Notes under the pieces: model-generated | The model's input: only the letters and a program-made list of their open reading frames with translations | Told to the model about the DNA's origin: nothing | Database searches by the model: none | Made by a program: the position numbers and the translations under genes | Assembly: GCA_038849525.1 (NCBI GenBank) | Contig: JAWCMS010000001.1 | Location: 61,612 to 125,611, forward strand | Direction: 5' to 3' | DNA length: 64,000 nucleotides | Source of the DNA: Candidatus Pacearchaeota archaeon | Lineage (GTDB): Archaea > Nanobdellota > Nanobdellia > Pacearchaeales > JAHJTO01 | In this document: piece by piece, positions 47,172-56,139 of the stretch | Layout: each line of letters opens with the position of its first letter | Position numbering within the stretch: position 1 is the stretch's first letter

Positions 47172-47668
47172 ATCCTATGCAAAATTTAAAACTAGAAAAG
47201 GTAACGCTTAATTGTGGAACCGGTACTGATCCTACAAAACTTGAAAAAGCTTATAAGTTATTAAATATGATAACTGGTAAAAAACCAGTTAGAATACGAA
47301 CATTAAAAAGAATTCCTGCATTTGGAATAAGACCTGGATTGCAGATAGGATGCAAAGTTACAGTAAGAAAAAATGCTATGCAGCTACTAAAAATTCTTCT
47401 TGATGCAATTGGGAATAGATTAAAAGAAAATCAGATATGCCCTGGTTATTTTGCATTTGGAATTAAAGAATACATCGAAGTTCCTGGAATGAGTTATAAT
47501 AGGGATATAGGGATAATGGGATTTGAAGTATGTGCAACTTTAAAGAGAGCAGGAAAACGCATAGAAAAAAGAAAAATAAAGAAGAGTAGAATTCCAAAAA
47601 GGCATAGAATTACAAAGGAGGAAACAATAGAGTTTTTAAAACAAAATTTTAATACGGAAATAATTTAA
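47168..47668 (+). CDS. rpl5: 50S ribosomal protein L5
   Basis: [26 protein letters not shown]. Confidence 0.97.
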   Translation: MNPMQNLKLEKVTLNCGTGTDPTKLEKAYKLLNMITGKKPVRIRTLKRIPAFGIRPGLQIGCKVTVRKNAMQLLKILLDAIGNRLKENQICPGYFAFGIKEYIEVPGMSYNRDIGIMGFEVCATLKRAGKRIEKRKIKKSRIPKRHRITKEETIEFLKQNFNTEII

Positions 47669-47669
47669 A

Positions 47670-47900
47670 ATGGGGGCTAGCGATTGGAGAAAATTATTAA
47701 AACAAATTGAGAACAAACCTGCGTTAATGAGAAGATTTTTGAAGTATAACAAACCAAAAGAAAGAAAGTATGGAGCGGCGAAAAAACCTTGTGTAAGATG
47801 TGGCAGAATAGGGGCCCATATAAGATCTTATGGTTTAGAACTTTGTAGACAATGCTTCAGAGAAATAGCTGAAGAATTAGGATTTAAAAAATATCAATAA
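47670..47900 (+). CDS. rps14: 30S ribosomal protein S14 (Zn type, N-terminally extended)
   Basis: [22 protein letters not shown]. Confidence 0.96.
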   Translation: MGASDWRKLLKQIENKPALMRRFLKYNKPKERKYGAAKKPCVRCGRIGAHIRSYGLELCRQCFREIAEELGFKKYQ

Positions 47901-47902
47901 AA

Positions 47903-48277
47903 ATGAAACGTGATATAATTGCAAAAGCACTTAATGAAATAATGAATGCTAAAAGAGCTGGCAAAAGAATTTGTATAGTTCAACCTACATCAAAATTATT
48001 AATTGAGATTTTTGATATTATGAAAAGCAAAGGATACATTGAATATGAAATAGAAAAAAATAAATTTAATACTTTAAAAGTAGAATTGAAAAAATTAAAT
48101 GAATGTGGAGTAATAAAACCTCGATTTAATGTAAAAATTAAAGATGTAGATAAATATGTAAGGCGCTATCTTCCTGCACGAGATATGGGTATAATAATTA
48201 TTTCTACAAATAAAGGGCTAACTACAGACAAAGAAGAACTAAAAGCAGGGGGTTGTCTAATTGCATATTGTTACTAA
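47903..48277 (+). CDS. rps8: 30S ribosomal protein S8
   Basis: IMNAKRAGK, NECGVIKPRF, LPARDMG..ST..G, AYCY. Confidence 0.96.
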   Translation: MKRDIIAKALNEIMNAKRAGKRICIVQPTSKLLIEIFDIMKSKGYIEYEIEKNKFNTLKVELKKLNECGVIKPRFNVKIKDVDKYVRRYLPARDMGIIIISTNKGLTTDKEELKAGGCLIAYCY

Positions 48278-48284
48278 ATAAAAA

Positions 48285-48818
48285 ATGCATGAAGATATTA
48301 TAGAAAAAATAAATATCCCAGAAGGAGTTGAAGTTAATGTTAATTCTATTTTAACTATCAAGGGCCCAAAAGGTGAATTGAAAAAAAAATTTCCTGTTAA
48401 GATAGAGAAAAAAGATAATATGATAGTTATAGAAGCCAAAAAAGCTACAAAAAATGAAAAAAAACAAATCAAAACTGCAAAAGCGCATATAAGAAATATG
48501 ATAAAAGGTGTTACAGAGGGTTTTGAATATAGGTTACAGATATGCTCAGCACATTTTCCAATGACTGTAAATGTCGAAAAAGATAAACTGTTAATAAAAA
48601 ATTTTCTTGGAGAAACAAAAGAAAGAATTGCTAAGTTGCTTCCTAACACAGAAGTAAAAATTGAGGGAGATATAATTAAAGTAACCTCTGCGGATATAGA
48701 AGCTGCTGGACAAACAGCAGCTAATATTGAACTTGCAACAAAAATTAAAGAAAGAGATAGAACAAGATTTCAGGATGGAATTTGGATAATAAAAAAGGCA
48801 AATAAAGAGATAAAATGA
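48285..48818 (+). CDS. rpl6: 50S ribosomal protein L6
   Basis: KGPKGEL, HFPM, NFLGE, RFQDGIWI. Confidence 0.97.
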   Translation: MHEDIIEKINIPEGVEVNVNSILTIKGPKGELKKKFPVKIEKKDNMIVIEAKKATKNEKKQIKTAKAHIRNMIKGVTEGFEYRLQICSAHFPMTVNVEKDKLLIKNFLGETKERIAKLLPNTEVKIEGDIIKVTSADIEAAGQTAANIELATKIKERDRTRFQDGIWIIKKANKEIK

Positions 48819-49267
48819 AAATGAAAAAAAAATTTTTGAGAAGGGATTGGAATAAGATTTTAAGACTTGGGGGCAGAAGGAAAAAGCTAAAATGGAGAAG
48901 GTCGAAAGGAAGACACGCAAAGATAAGGCAAAAATGGAAAGGATATCCAAAAATGCCTTCCGTTGGATATAAAAGCCCGAAAATTTCAAGAGGATTAATT
49001 AAAAACAAAAAACCAATAATGATAAAGAATGTTTCAGATTTAGAAAAAATAAAAGATAATGAGATTGGAATAATCTCTGCTACTGTTGGTAAAAAAAAGA
49101 GATTAGAAATTGCAAAAAAAGCTTTAGAATTAAAAATAAAATTTGTAAATTTAGATGCTCAAAAATATATTGAAAAGATTAAAAGAGAACAAGAAAGTAA
49201 AAAAATTGAAGAGGAAAAAAAGCAAAAAGAAGAAAAAAATATTGATAATAAAAATATAGAAAAATGA
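48815..49267 (+). CDS. rpl32e: 50S ribosomal protein L32e
   Basis: FLRRD, KWRRSKG, PSVGYKSP, TVGKKKR. Confidence 0.94.
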   Translation: MKMKKKFLRRDWNKILRLGGRRKKLKWRRSKGRHAKIRQKWKGYPKMPSVGYKSPKISRGLIKNKKPIMIKNVSDLEKIKDNEIGIISATVGKKKRLEIAKKALELKIKFVNLDAQKYIEKIKREQESKKIEEEKKQKEEKNIDNKNIEK

Positions 49268-49689
49268 AAAAATTAGATATGCAAAGAAGACTTGCAGCGA
49301 ATATCTTAGGTGTTGGCAAAAAGAGTGTTGTCTTTAATCCAGAAAGGTTAGAAGATATTTCTAAAGCTATTACAAGAGCAGATATCAAAGATTTGATAAA
49401 AGAAAAGGTGATACAGAAAAGAATAATTAAAAAACAAAAAAGAAAAAGAAAAAAAAGAAAAAGAAATATCGGAAGTATTAAAAAAAGAATAAAAAGAAAA
49501 AAAGAAAGGTATATTGCTAAAATCAGAAAAATAAGAAGATATTTAACTGAACTCAAGATAAAAAAAATAATCTCTAGAGAAGAGTATCAAAAATTAAGAA
49601 AACTCGCCAAAGCAGGCCTATTCAAAACAAGAAGGCATCTTAAAGAATATCTCATAACTCTAGGTAAAAAAATTTCAGAGGAAAAATAA
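49264..49689 (+). CDS. rpl19e: 50S ribosomal protein L19e
   Basis: QRRLAANILGVG, AITRADIKDLI, KAGLFK. Confidence 0.96.
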   Translation: MKKLDMQRRLAANILGVGKKSVVFNPERLEDISKAITRADIKDLIKEKVIQKRIIKKQKRKRKKRKRNIGSIKKRIKRKKERYIAKIRKIRRYLTELKIKKIISREEYQKLRKLAKAGLFKTRRHLKEYLITLGKKISEEK

Positions 49690-50171
49690 TGAAGAATCTA
49701 ATTAAAGTCCAATTTAAAAGAAGAAGACAATTTAAAACAGACTATTTAGCAAGAAGAAGGTTGCTTGAAGCAGGAAAACCAAGAATAGTAGTAAGAAAAA
49801 CAAATAGATATATTATAATTCAATTAATAGAAAGCGAGGAAGCACAAGATAGAATTATTTGTTCAACAAATTCAAAAGAACTATTGAAATATGGTTTACA
49901 ACCTACTTTTTCAATAAAAAACTTATCAGCAGCTTATCTTACAGGTTATTTATGTGCATTAAAAGCATTAAAAAAAGGAGTTAAAGAAGCAATTTTAGAT
50001 ATTGGTTTAAACAAATCAACAAAAGGCAGCAAGATTTATGCTTCTGTTAAAGGAGCAATAGATGCAGGTTTAAATATTAAATGTGCTGAAAAAATGTTTC
50101 CTGAAGAAGAAAGAATAAAAATCAATAAGGATATTTTGGAGGAAATAAAAACAAAATTCAAATATGGTTAA
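49689..50171 (+). CDS. rpl18: 50S ribosomal protein L18
   Basis: RRRQFKTDY, PRIVVRKTN, AAYLTG, GAIDAGL. Confidence 0.97.
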   Translation: MKNLIKVQFKRRRQFKTDYLARRRLLEAGKPRIVVRKTNRYIIIQLIESEEAQDRIICSTNSKELLKYGLQPTFSIKNLSAAYLTGYLCALKALKKGVKEAILDIGLNKSTKGSKIYASVKGAIDAGLNIKCAEKMFPEEERIKINKDILEEIKTKFKYG

Positions 50172-50931
50172 AAAAGAACCAAAAGAAAGTGAAAAAAAAG
50201 AAGAAAAAATAGTAATTCCAGAACCAATAGATGAAATTTCACAAGAAATAATCGAAAAAGTAGAAGAAGAGAAAAAAGAAGAAGAAAAAGAGCTTCCTAT
50301 TTGGAAACCAAAAACCGAATTAGGGAAGCTTGTTAAAGATGGAAAAATAAAAGATATAGATGAAATACTAGAAAATGGAAAAAAGATTTTAGAATCACAA
50401 ATTGTAGATACTCTCCTCCCAAATCTTAAAGTAGAACTTCTAATGATAGGACAAGCAAAAGGAAAATTTGGTGGAGGAAAAAGAAGATTTTGGAGACAAA
50501 CACAACGAAAAAGAGCAGAAGGAAATGTTCCAAGTTTTGCCTGCTTAGCAGTTGTAGGAGACGGAAACGGTCATGTTGGTATTGGAATGGGTAAAGCACG
50601 TGAAACGCTACCAGCAAAAGAAAAAGCAGTTAGAAAAGCAAAATTAAATATTATAAAAGTAAATAGAGGTTGTGGTTCTTTTGATTGTTCTTGCTCTGAT
50701 TTGCATAGTATTCCATTTAAAACAGAAGGAAAAGTAGGTTCTGTGGTTATAAGATTAATGCCCGCATCTAAAGGAACAGGATTAGTGATAGACGATGAAT
50801 GTAAAAAAATAATGAGGGCTGTAGGAATAAAAGATATTTATAGTAGAACATTCGGACAGACTAGAACAAAGATAAATCTTGCTGTTGCGTGTTTCGAAGC
50901 TCTAAAAAAAATTAGCGAGGTTAGAAAATGA
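50164..50931 (+). CDS. rps5: 30S ribosomal protein S5
   Basis: WKPKTELGKLV, VVGDGNGHVG, PASKGTGL, GQTRT. Confidence 0.97.
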   Translation: MVKKEPKESEKKEEKIVIPEPIDEISQEIIEKVEEEKKEEEKELPIWKPKTELGKLVKDGKIKDIDEILENGKKILESQIVDTLLPNLKVELLMIGQAKGKFGGGKRRFWRQTQRKRAEGNVPSFACLAVVGDGNGHVGIGMGKARETLPAKEKAVRKAKLNIIKVNRGCGSFDCSCSDLHSIPFKTEGKVGSVVIRLMPASKGTGLVIDDECKKIMRAVGIKDIYSRTFGQTRTKINLAVACFEALKKISEVRK

Positions 50932-51338
50932 TAGCTGTGATAAGAATAGCAGGAAGAGTTGGTATATCAAATAAAGATGAAAAAATATTACATAGTCTAA
51001 GGCTAAGAAAAAAATATGTATGTATTTTATTAAAAGATAAGAAAATACTTGAAAAAATAAAAACAAAAGTTTGTTTTGGAGAAATAGATAATGAAACTCT
51101 AGCTTTGTTAATTTCAAAAAGAGGAAAAAAGGTTGGAGGAAAGATGATACAAGAAAGTGCAAGTATAATAGCGAAAAAATTAGAAGAAGGTAAAAGTCTT
51201 GAGAGCATGGGAATAAAGCCTTTTTTCTGCTTACATCCACCAAGAGGAGGTTTTAAAAAAAGCACAAAACATCTTTACCCGAAAGGAATTCTTGGAGAAA
51301 ATAAAAACATAAATGAAATTTTGAGGAGGATGATATGA
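50928..51338 (+). CDS. rpl30: 50S ribosomal protein L30
   Basis: IAVIRIAG, LRLRK, FCLHPPRGG, INEILRRM. Confidence 0.96.
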   Translation: MIAVIRIAGRVGISNKDEKILHSLRLRKKYVCILLKDKKILEKIKTKVCFGEIDNETLALLISKRGKKVGGKMIQESASIIAKKLEEGKSLESMGIKPFFCLHPPRGGFKKSTKHLYPKGILGENKNINEILRRMI

Positions 51339-51772
51339 GAAAAAGAGACAAACGTTCTAGGTTAAGGGGGAGAAGAACTTGTGGTTATGGTTCTAGAAAA
51401 AAGCATAGAGGAAAGGGGAGTAAAGGTGGAAAAGGGATGTCCGGCCTTGGTGGACCAAAAAGAGCATCTATGCTAAAATATTATCCTAAATGGTTTGGCA
51501 AAAAAGGGAAAGGATTTGTAAGCAAGAAAAAAAAGAAATTAAAAGAAATCAATCTTGATGAAATAAATAAAAAAATAGAAGAATTTCAGAAAAAAGGAAT
51601 GTTAAAAGGAAATGAATTAAATTTAGAAGGATATAAAATACTTGGAGCAGGCAATTTAAAGCAAAAATTAATTATTAAAGCAAGCAAGTTTTCAAAAAAC
51701 GCAAAAGAAAAAATAATTTCATCTGGAAGTATAATAGAAAGCAGTAAAGAAGAAAAAGAAGAGGGTGCTTAA
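51335..51772 (+). CDS. rpl15: 50S ribosomal protein L15
   Basis: RGRRTCGYG..KKHRG.G..GG.G, YKILGAG. Confidence 0.96.
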   Translation: MRKRDKRSRLRGRRTCGYGSRKKHRGKGSKGGKGMSGLGGPKRASMLKYYPKWFGKKGKGFVSKKKKKLKEINLDEINKKIEEFQKKGMLKGNELNLEGYKILGAGNLKQKLIIKASKFSKNAKEKIISSGSIIESSKEEKEEGA

Positions 51773-51779
51773 TAGTAAA

Positions 51780-53144
51780 ATGAACTTTAATGATATTCTT
51801 TTTAATTTACCAGAAGTAAAAGGGCCTATAGAAAAAAAGATTTCTTTCAATGTAAAATTGAAATGGACTTTAATCATATTAGTAGCATTCTTTGTTCTTG
51901 CAAATATACCTCTTTATGGATTAACAGCAAACTCACTAGAAAGATTTGAATATTTAGCAATAATTCTCGGGACAGAATTTGGAAGCATTATTTCATTAGG
52001 TATAGGCCCTATAGTTATGGCTTCAATAATTTTGCAACTATTAGTTGGAGCAAAGCTGATTAATATTGATATGACAAGTCATGAAGGAAAAAAATATTTT
52101 CAAGGATTGCAAAAGATACTATCCGTTTTTTTCTGCCTTTTTGAAGCAACAATTTATGTTGTAATGCGTGGACTTGAGGCTGCTCCGGGAATGCAAGGTT
52201 TGTTGATATTTCAATTATTTTTAGGAGGGATAATTATAATATTAATGGATGAAGTTGTAAGCAAATGGGGATTTGGTTCAGGAGTTTCTTTATTTATTGC
52301 GGCAGGAGTTGGATGGCACCTTTTCACAGCAGCATTTGGATTTATAGGACCGCAAAATACAATAACAGCGATAGGAAAGGTATGGGTTTTCTTTTCTTCC
52401 ATAGCTGCTGCTGACACTATCAATGCAACTGCTGCAGCTTCGGCGATTATCGCTACAATAATAATCTTTCTTATTGTAGTATATGCACAATCAATAAAAG
52501 TGGAAATTCCTCTTTCTTTTGATAGACTAAGAGGTTTTGCAATGAAATGGCCTTTATCCTTTTTTTATACATCGAATATTCCGGTAATACTTACCGCTGC
52601 ACTGCTTGCAAATATACAACTCGCTGCAAGACTTATTGAAAGTGCTGTAGGACATCCTACTTTTCTCGGTGGCTTTACGCATGGTGTTCCTACAAGTGGG
52701 ATAGCGGCATTTTTATCTTCTCCAGCTATACTAGAAAATATAATAAGGGGGAGTTTTACAGGCATCATGATTTTACAATCATTTGTATATCTTCTTTTTA
52801 TGATTCTTGGAAGTATAATGTTTGCTGTTTTTTGGGTAAAAACAAGCGGTATGGATGCAAGTAATGTTGCTAATCAGATAATTGCTTCAGGATTACAAAT
52901 TCCTGGATTCAGAAAAGATCCAAGAGTTTTAGAATCAATATTGTCTAGATATATAATGCCACTGACTGTAATGGGGGCTGCAACAGTTGGATTACTTGCA
53001 GCTACTGCTGACTTATTAGGAGCGTTAGTAAGAGGGACAGGATTACTGCTTGCTGTGATGATAGTATATAAATTATATGAGGAAATAGCTCAGCAACACG
53101 CATATGATATGCATCCTATGTTGAAGAAGGTCATCGCTGAATAA
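51780..53144 (+). CDS. secY: Preprotein translocase subunit SecY
   Basis: LGIGPIVMASIILQLL, SKWGFGSGVSLFI, YTSNIPVIL, IPGFR, GTGLLLAV; ATG 51780. Confidence 0.98.
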   Translation: MNFNDILFNLPEVKGPIEKKISFNVKLKWTLIILVAFFVLANIPLYGLTANSLERFEYLAIILGTEFGSIISLGIGPIVMASIILQLLVGAKLINIDMTSHEGKKYFQGLQKILSVFFCLFEATIYVVMRGLEAAPGMQGLLIFQLFLGGIIIILMDEVVSKWGFGSGVSLFIAAGVGWHLFTAAFGFIGPQNTITAIGKVWVFFSSIAAADTINATAAASAIIATIIIFLIVVYAQSIKVEIPLSFDRLRGFAMKWPLSFFYTSNIPVILTAALLANIQLAARLIESAVGHPTFLGGFTHGVPTSGIAAFLSSPAILENIIRGSFTGIMILQSFVYLLFMILGSIMFAVFWVKTSGMDASNVANQIIASGLQIPGFRKDPRVLESILSRYIMPLTVMGAATVGLLAATADLLGALVRGTGLLLAVMIVYKLYEEIAQQHAYDMHPMLKKVIAE

Positions 53145-53199
53145 AAATGTTAAATAAACAAATCATAAAATATAAAATCTAATATTTTATACTAATAAA

Positions 53200-53640
53200 A
53201 TGATACTTAAAGATTTTGTAACATCTATGCCATTGATTAGTATAATAGTGTTCTCTTTTTTAATAACCTTTGCTTTAACACTTGTTTATAAATTTCTTAC
53301 AAATCAAGAAAGATTGAAACAATTAAAAGAAAAAACTAAAAAATTGCAGAATGAGATTAAAAATGAAAAAGATTCTAATAAACTTATCGAATTGCAAAAA
53401 GAAATGCTAGCACTCAGTACAGAACAAATGAAACATAGTATGAAACCTATGCTCTTTACTTTTCTACCATTAATTGCTGTATTTGCTGGCTTAAAAAATC
53501 TATATTCTGGAATTGGTAATATAATAGTATGGAATGTCAATTTGCCAATTGTAGGAACAGGAGCGGGCTGGCTTTTAAGTTATATTATATTCAGCATTAT
53601 ATTCAGTATGTTATTAAGAAAAATTTTAAAGGTATATTAA
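53200..53640 (+). CDS. DUF106 / EMC3-TMCO1 (Oxa1 superfamily) membrane insertase
   Basis: TM, coiled coil, MKPMLFTFLP, GWLLSYI; typical position after secY. Confidence 0.88.
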   Translation: MILKDFVTSMPLISIIVFSFLITFALTLVYKFLTNQERLKQLKEKTKKLQNEIKNEKDSNKLIELQKEMLALSTEQMKHSMKPMLFTFLPLIAVFAGLKNLYSGIGNIIVWNVNLPIVGTGAGWLLSYIIFSIIFSMLLRKILKVY

Positions 53641-54039
53641 ATGGAAAACAAAGAAAATCGTGAAAAAGAAATAATTGAATTTAATTTTTTAGATATGCAA
53701 CTAAGACAGCTTGAACAGCAGGCAATGCTTTTAGAACAGCAGATTGTAGAACAGCAAAAAATAATTCTTAATTTAGATGAACTGAAAAAAGCAAAAAAAG
53801 GCCAAAATGTGCTATTTCCATTAAGTAAAGATATTTTTATTGAAGGAAAGATAGAAAATCCAGAAGAAGTATTTGTTAACATTGGTTCAAAAACAATTGC
53901 AAAAAAGAGTATAGAAGAAGCAAAATTAATAGAAGAGAATCAAATAAAAAAACTTATTGAAATAAATGAAGAAATAAAAGCAGAAATAGAAAAAATTCTT
54001 TTAAGAATTACTAAACTAGAAAAAAAATTAAACGGATAA
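53641..54039 (+). CDS. pfdA: Prefoldin alpha subunit
   Basis: Coiled coils around VLFPLSKDIFIEG..VFVNIGS. Confidence 0.92.
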   Translation: MENKENREKEIIEFNFLDMQLRQLEQQAMLLEQQIVEQQKIILNLDELKKAKKGQNVLFPLSKDIFIEGKIENPEEVFVNIGSKTIAKKSIEEAKLIEENQIKKLIEINEEIKAEIEKILLRITKLEKKLNG

Positions 54040-54855
54040 AATCCATGGATAGACTTTCTTGACTTTTTTTACAAAATCTTTCGGCTTTAATATTCCTAGT
54101 TCTGATATAATCGCCTTAATATATTTTGCATCGACTTTCTCAAAAGCAGGATTTTTAACTTTGACATGTTTAGGCATTTTTTTCCATAGCTCTTTATAAC
54201 TACGCATTTCAAGAATAACTTTTTTTGGAGAAAATTTCCATGAATTTCCTACTACATAAACAGGAACCTTATGATTATAAGCAATTTCAGCAAACATTCC
54301 AGAACCTATCTTATTTATTATAGAACCATCCGAAAGAATAGCATCACAACCTATTAGCACCATATTTGCCTGCTTTAATGAACCTCCTTTTTCAAGAGCA
54401 TCTGCAGCAGCCAAATCTGCAATTGTTGTTACTTTTATTCCTGCTTCTGCAAGTTCTTTTGCTGTTTTTCTTCCTTGGAATAAAGGTCTTGTTTCTGTAT
54501 TTATAACCTCAAATTTTTTTCCTTGTTTTTTTGATTCTTTTAGTATTCGAATAACAGCAGAAGAATGGCAATGTGTAAAAATGATTGAATTAGATTTAAT
54601 TAAATTTGTTCCATTTTTTATATATTCTTTTCTTGCATAATTAAAATGTTGAAGAACATAATTTATACCAAATTTTTTCGCAGCCAATATCGAATTCCTT
54701 AGCAATGGTTCTGTAGGTCTCAAACTAAGAAGTTTTTTTATATTTGCCCCTTTCATTCTTAGGGCTTTTATTCCGGTAAGAGCCACACTTTCTGCCCCTT
54801 GTATTCTGACTTTTTTTATAGCTCTACATAAAGCATCAAAACTTTTATAAGTCAT
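54028..54855 (-). CDS. Ribose-1,5-bisphosphate isomerase (eIF2B-alpha-like family)
   Basis: IQGA, RPTEP, THCHSS (catalytic Cys), ETRP, GCDAI (catalytic Asp), NKIG; ATG 54855. Confidence 0.85.
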   Translation of the reverse strand: MTYKSFDALCRAIKKVRIQGAESVALTGIKALRMKGANIKKLLSLRPTEPLLRNSILAAKKFGINYVLQHFNYARKEYIKNGTNLIKSNSIIFTHCHSSAVIRILKESKKQGKKFEVINTETRPLFQGRKTAKELAEAGIKVTTIADLAAADALEKGGSLKQANMVLIGCDAILSDGSIINKIGSGMFAEIAYNHKVPVYVVGNSWKFSPKKVILEMRSYKELWKKMPKHVKVKNPAFEKVDAKYIKAIISELGILKPKDFVKKVKKVYPWILSV

Positions 54856-54924
54856 AATTAAAAATAGACTAGAATATATAAAAATGTTATTAAACTTTAA
54901 AAATATACAAATGTTTAACAAAAA

Positions 54925-55773
54925 ATGTTAGAAATAATCCTAAACCCAAAAAAAGCAGAGAGAAGACCGTGGGAATTATTTTTTGTTGGTTTTTTCTATG
55001 CTGCTATTTCACTATTAATGGTAAACTGGCTTTTTGCTGGAAATCCAGTATTTTCTAAACATATGAGTATATTGGTTGTGACATTTACAGTAATGTTATC
55101 AATTCCATTTATGTATTACACAATAAAAATTGAGGAAGAAAGAGGAATATTTGAAGATAATAAGTTTACTCTTCTGAAAGGACATAGTAGAGCAATTAGT
55201 GCTTTTTTATGGCTTTTTTTAGGATTTTTAATTGCTTTTTCACTTTTTTATATAATTTTTCCTGAATTTGTTGGAAATAATTTTCAAGCTCAGATAGAAC
55301 AATATTGCATTATAAATATGCCTTTTAGATTTAATGAGTGTGTCTCAAACGCGATAACTGCTAATGCGCTTAGTGTTGGTGGAAGTAAAATAATTGATAT
55401 TTTGACAAATAACTTTTATGTTCTACTTTTTTGTTTAATATTTTCATTAGTTTTTGGAGCCGGAGCAATATTCATACTTGCATGGAATGCAACAGTTATA
55501 GCTACTGCGATAGGTATATTTGCAAAATCATCGATGACAAATATGCCTGCTGCTATATTTAGATATATGATACATGGGCTACCTGAAATAGCAGCTTATT
55601 TTATTGCTGCTTTAGCTGGAGGAATAATAAGTATATGTCTAATAAGATATGATATAAAAGACCAGAGATTCTGGCGAACAATGGCTGACTCTTTAAACCT
55701 TATATTGATATCAATCATAATTCTAATAATAGCTGCTTTTATAGAGGTATTTATTACTCCGAAAATTTTTTAG
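54925..55773 (+). CDS. SpoIIM/DUF95 family membrane protein
   Basis: ILTNN, FILAWNATVI, HGLPEIAAY..GG. Confidence 0.85.
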   Translation: MLEIILNPKKAERRPWELFFVGFFYAAISLLMVNWLFAGNPVFSKHMSILVVTFTVMLSIPFMYYTIKIEEERGIFEDNKFTLLKGHSRAISAFLWLFLGFLIAFSLFYIIFPEFVGNNFQAQIEQYCIINMPFRFNECVSNAITANALSVGGSKIIDILTNNFYVLLFCLIFSLVFGAGAIFILAWNATVIATAIGIFAKSSMTNMPAAIFRYMIHGLPEIAAYFIAALAGGIISICLIRYDIKDQRFWRTMADSLNLILISIIILIIAAFIEVFITPKIF

Positions 55774-55873
55774 AAAAAGTTTAACAAAATTATAATCTTT
55801 TTAAAGAAAATGTTCTTATTTGCTTCTTGCAGAGAATACAAATCTTTATAAATTCTGTAATAATAAAAAAAAT

Positions 55874-56035
55874 ATGGCTCAGTTTATATGCTCTAGCTGT
55901 AATTATAAGTTTTCTAGTTTTAGAAAGCCTATGAAATGTCCTTATTGTGGAAAGTCAAAAACAGTAAATGAAGAGGCTAGTGCAGAAGACTTGATAAAAG
56001 AGGCAGATGATATGATTTCTGAAGGAAGACTTTAA
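55874..56035 (+). CDS. Small zinc-ribbon protein
   Basis: MAQFICSSCNYKF..KCPYCGK; ATG 55874. Confidence 0.65.
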   Translation: MAQFICSSCNYKFSSFRKPMKCPYCGKSKTVNEEASAEDLIKEADDMISEGRL

Positions 56036-56139
56036 GCCATCGGTATTAGATAAAAGATATCCAATTTCAGATATCTGGGGTTAATGTTTAAGAACATTCG
56101 AGTAAGAAGGTTTTTAAATTCATTTTCTTAAATTTAATC

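Noticed and set aside
49425-49510. A-rich quasi-repeats (AAAAGA)n in rpl19e
   Set aside because: They simply encode a Lys/Arg-rich segment of eL19; not a DNA repeat element.
54028-54855. Translation initiation factor aIF-2B subunit
   Set aside because: Retains the HCHS catalytic Cys and the GxD Asp and co-occurs with AMP phosphorylase, favouring R15P isomerase; not fully excluded without a tree.
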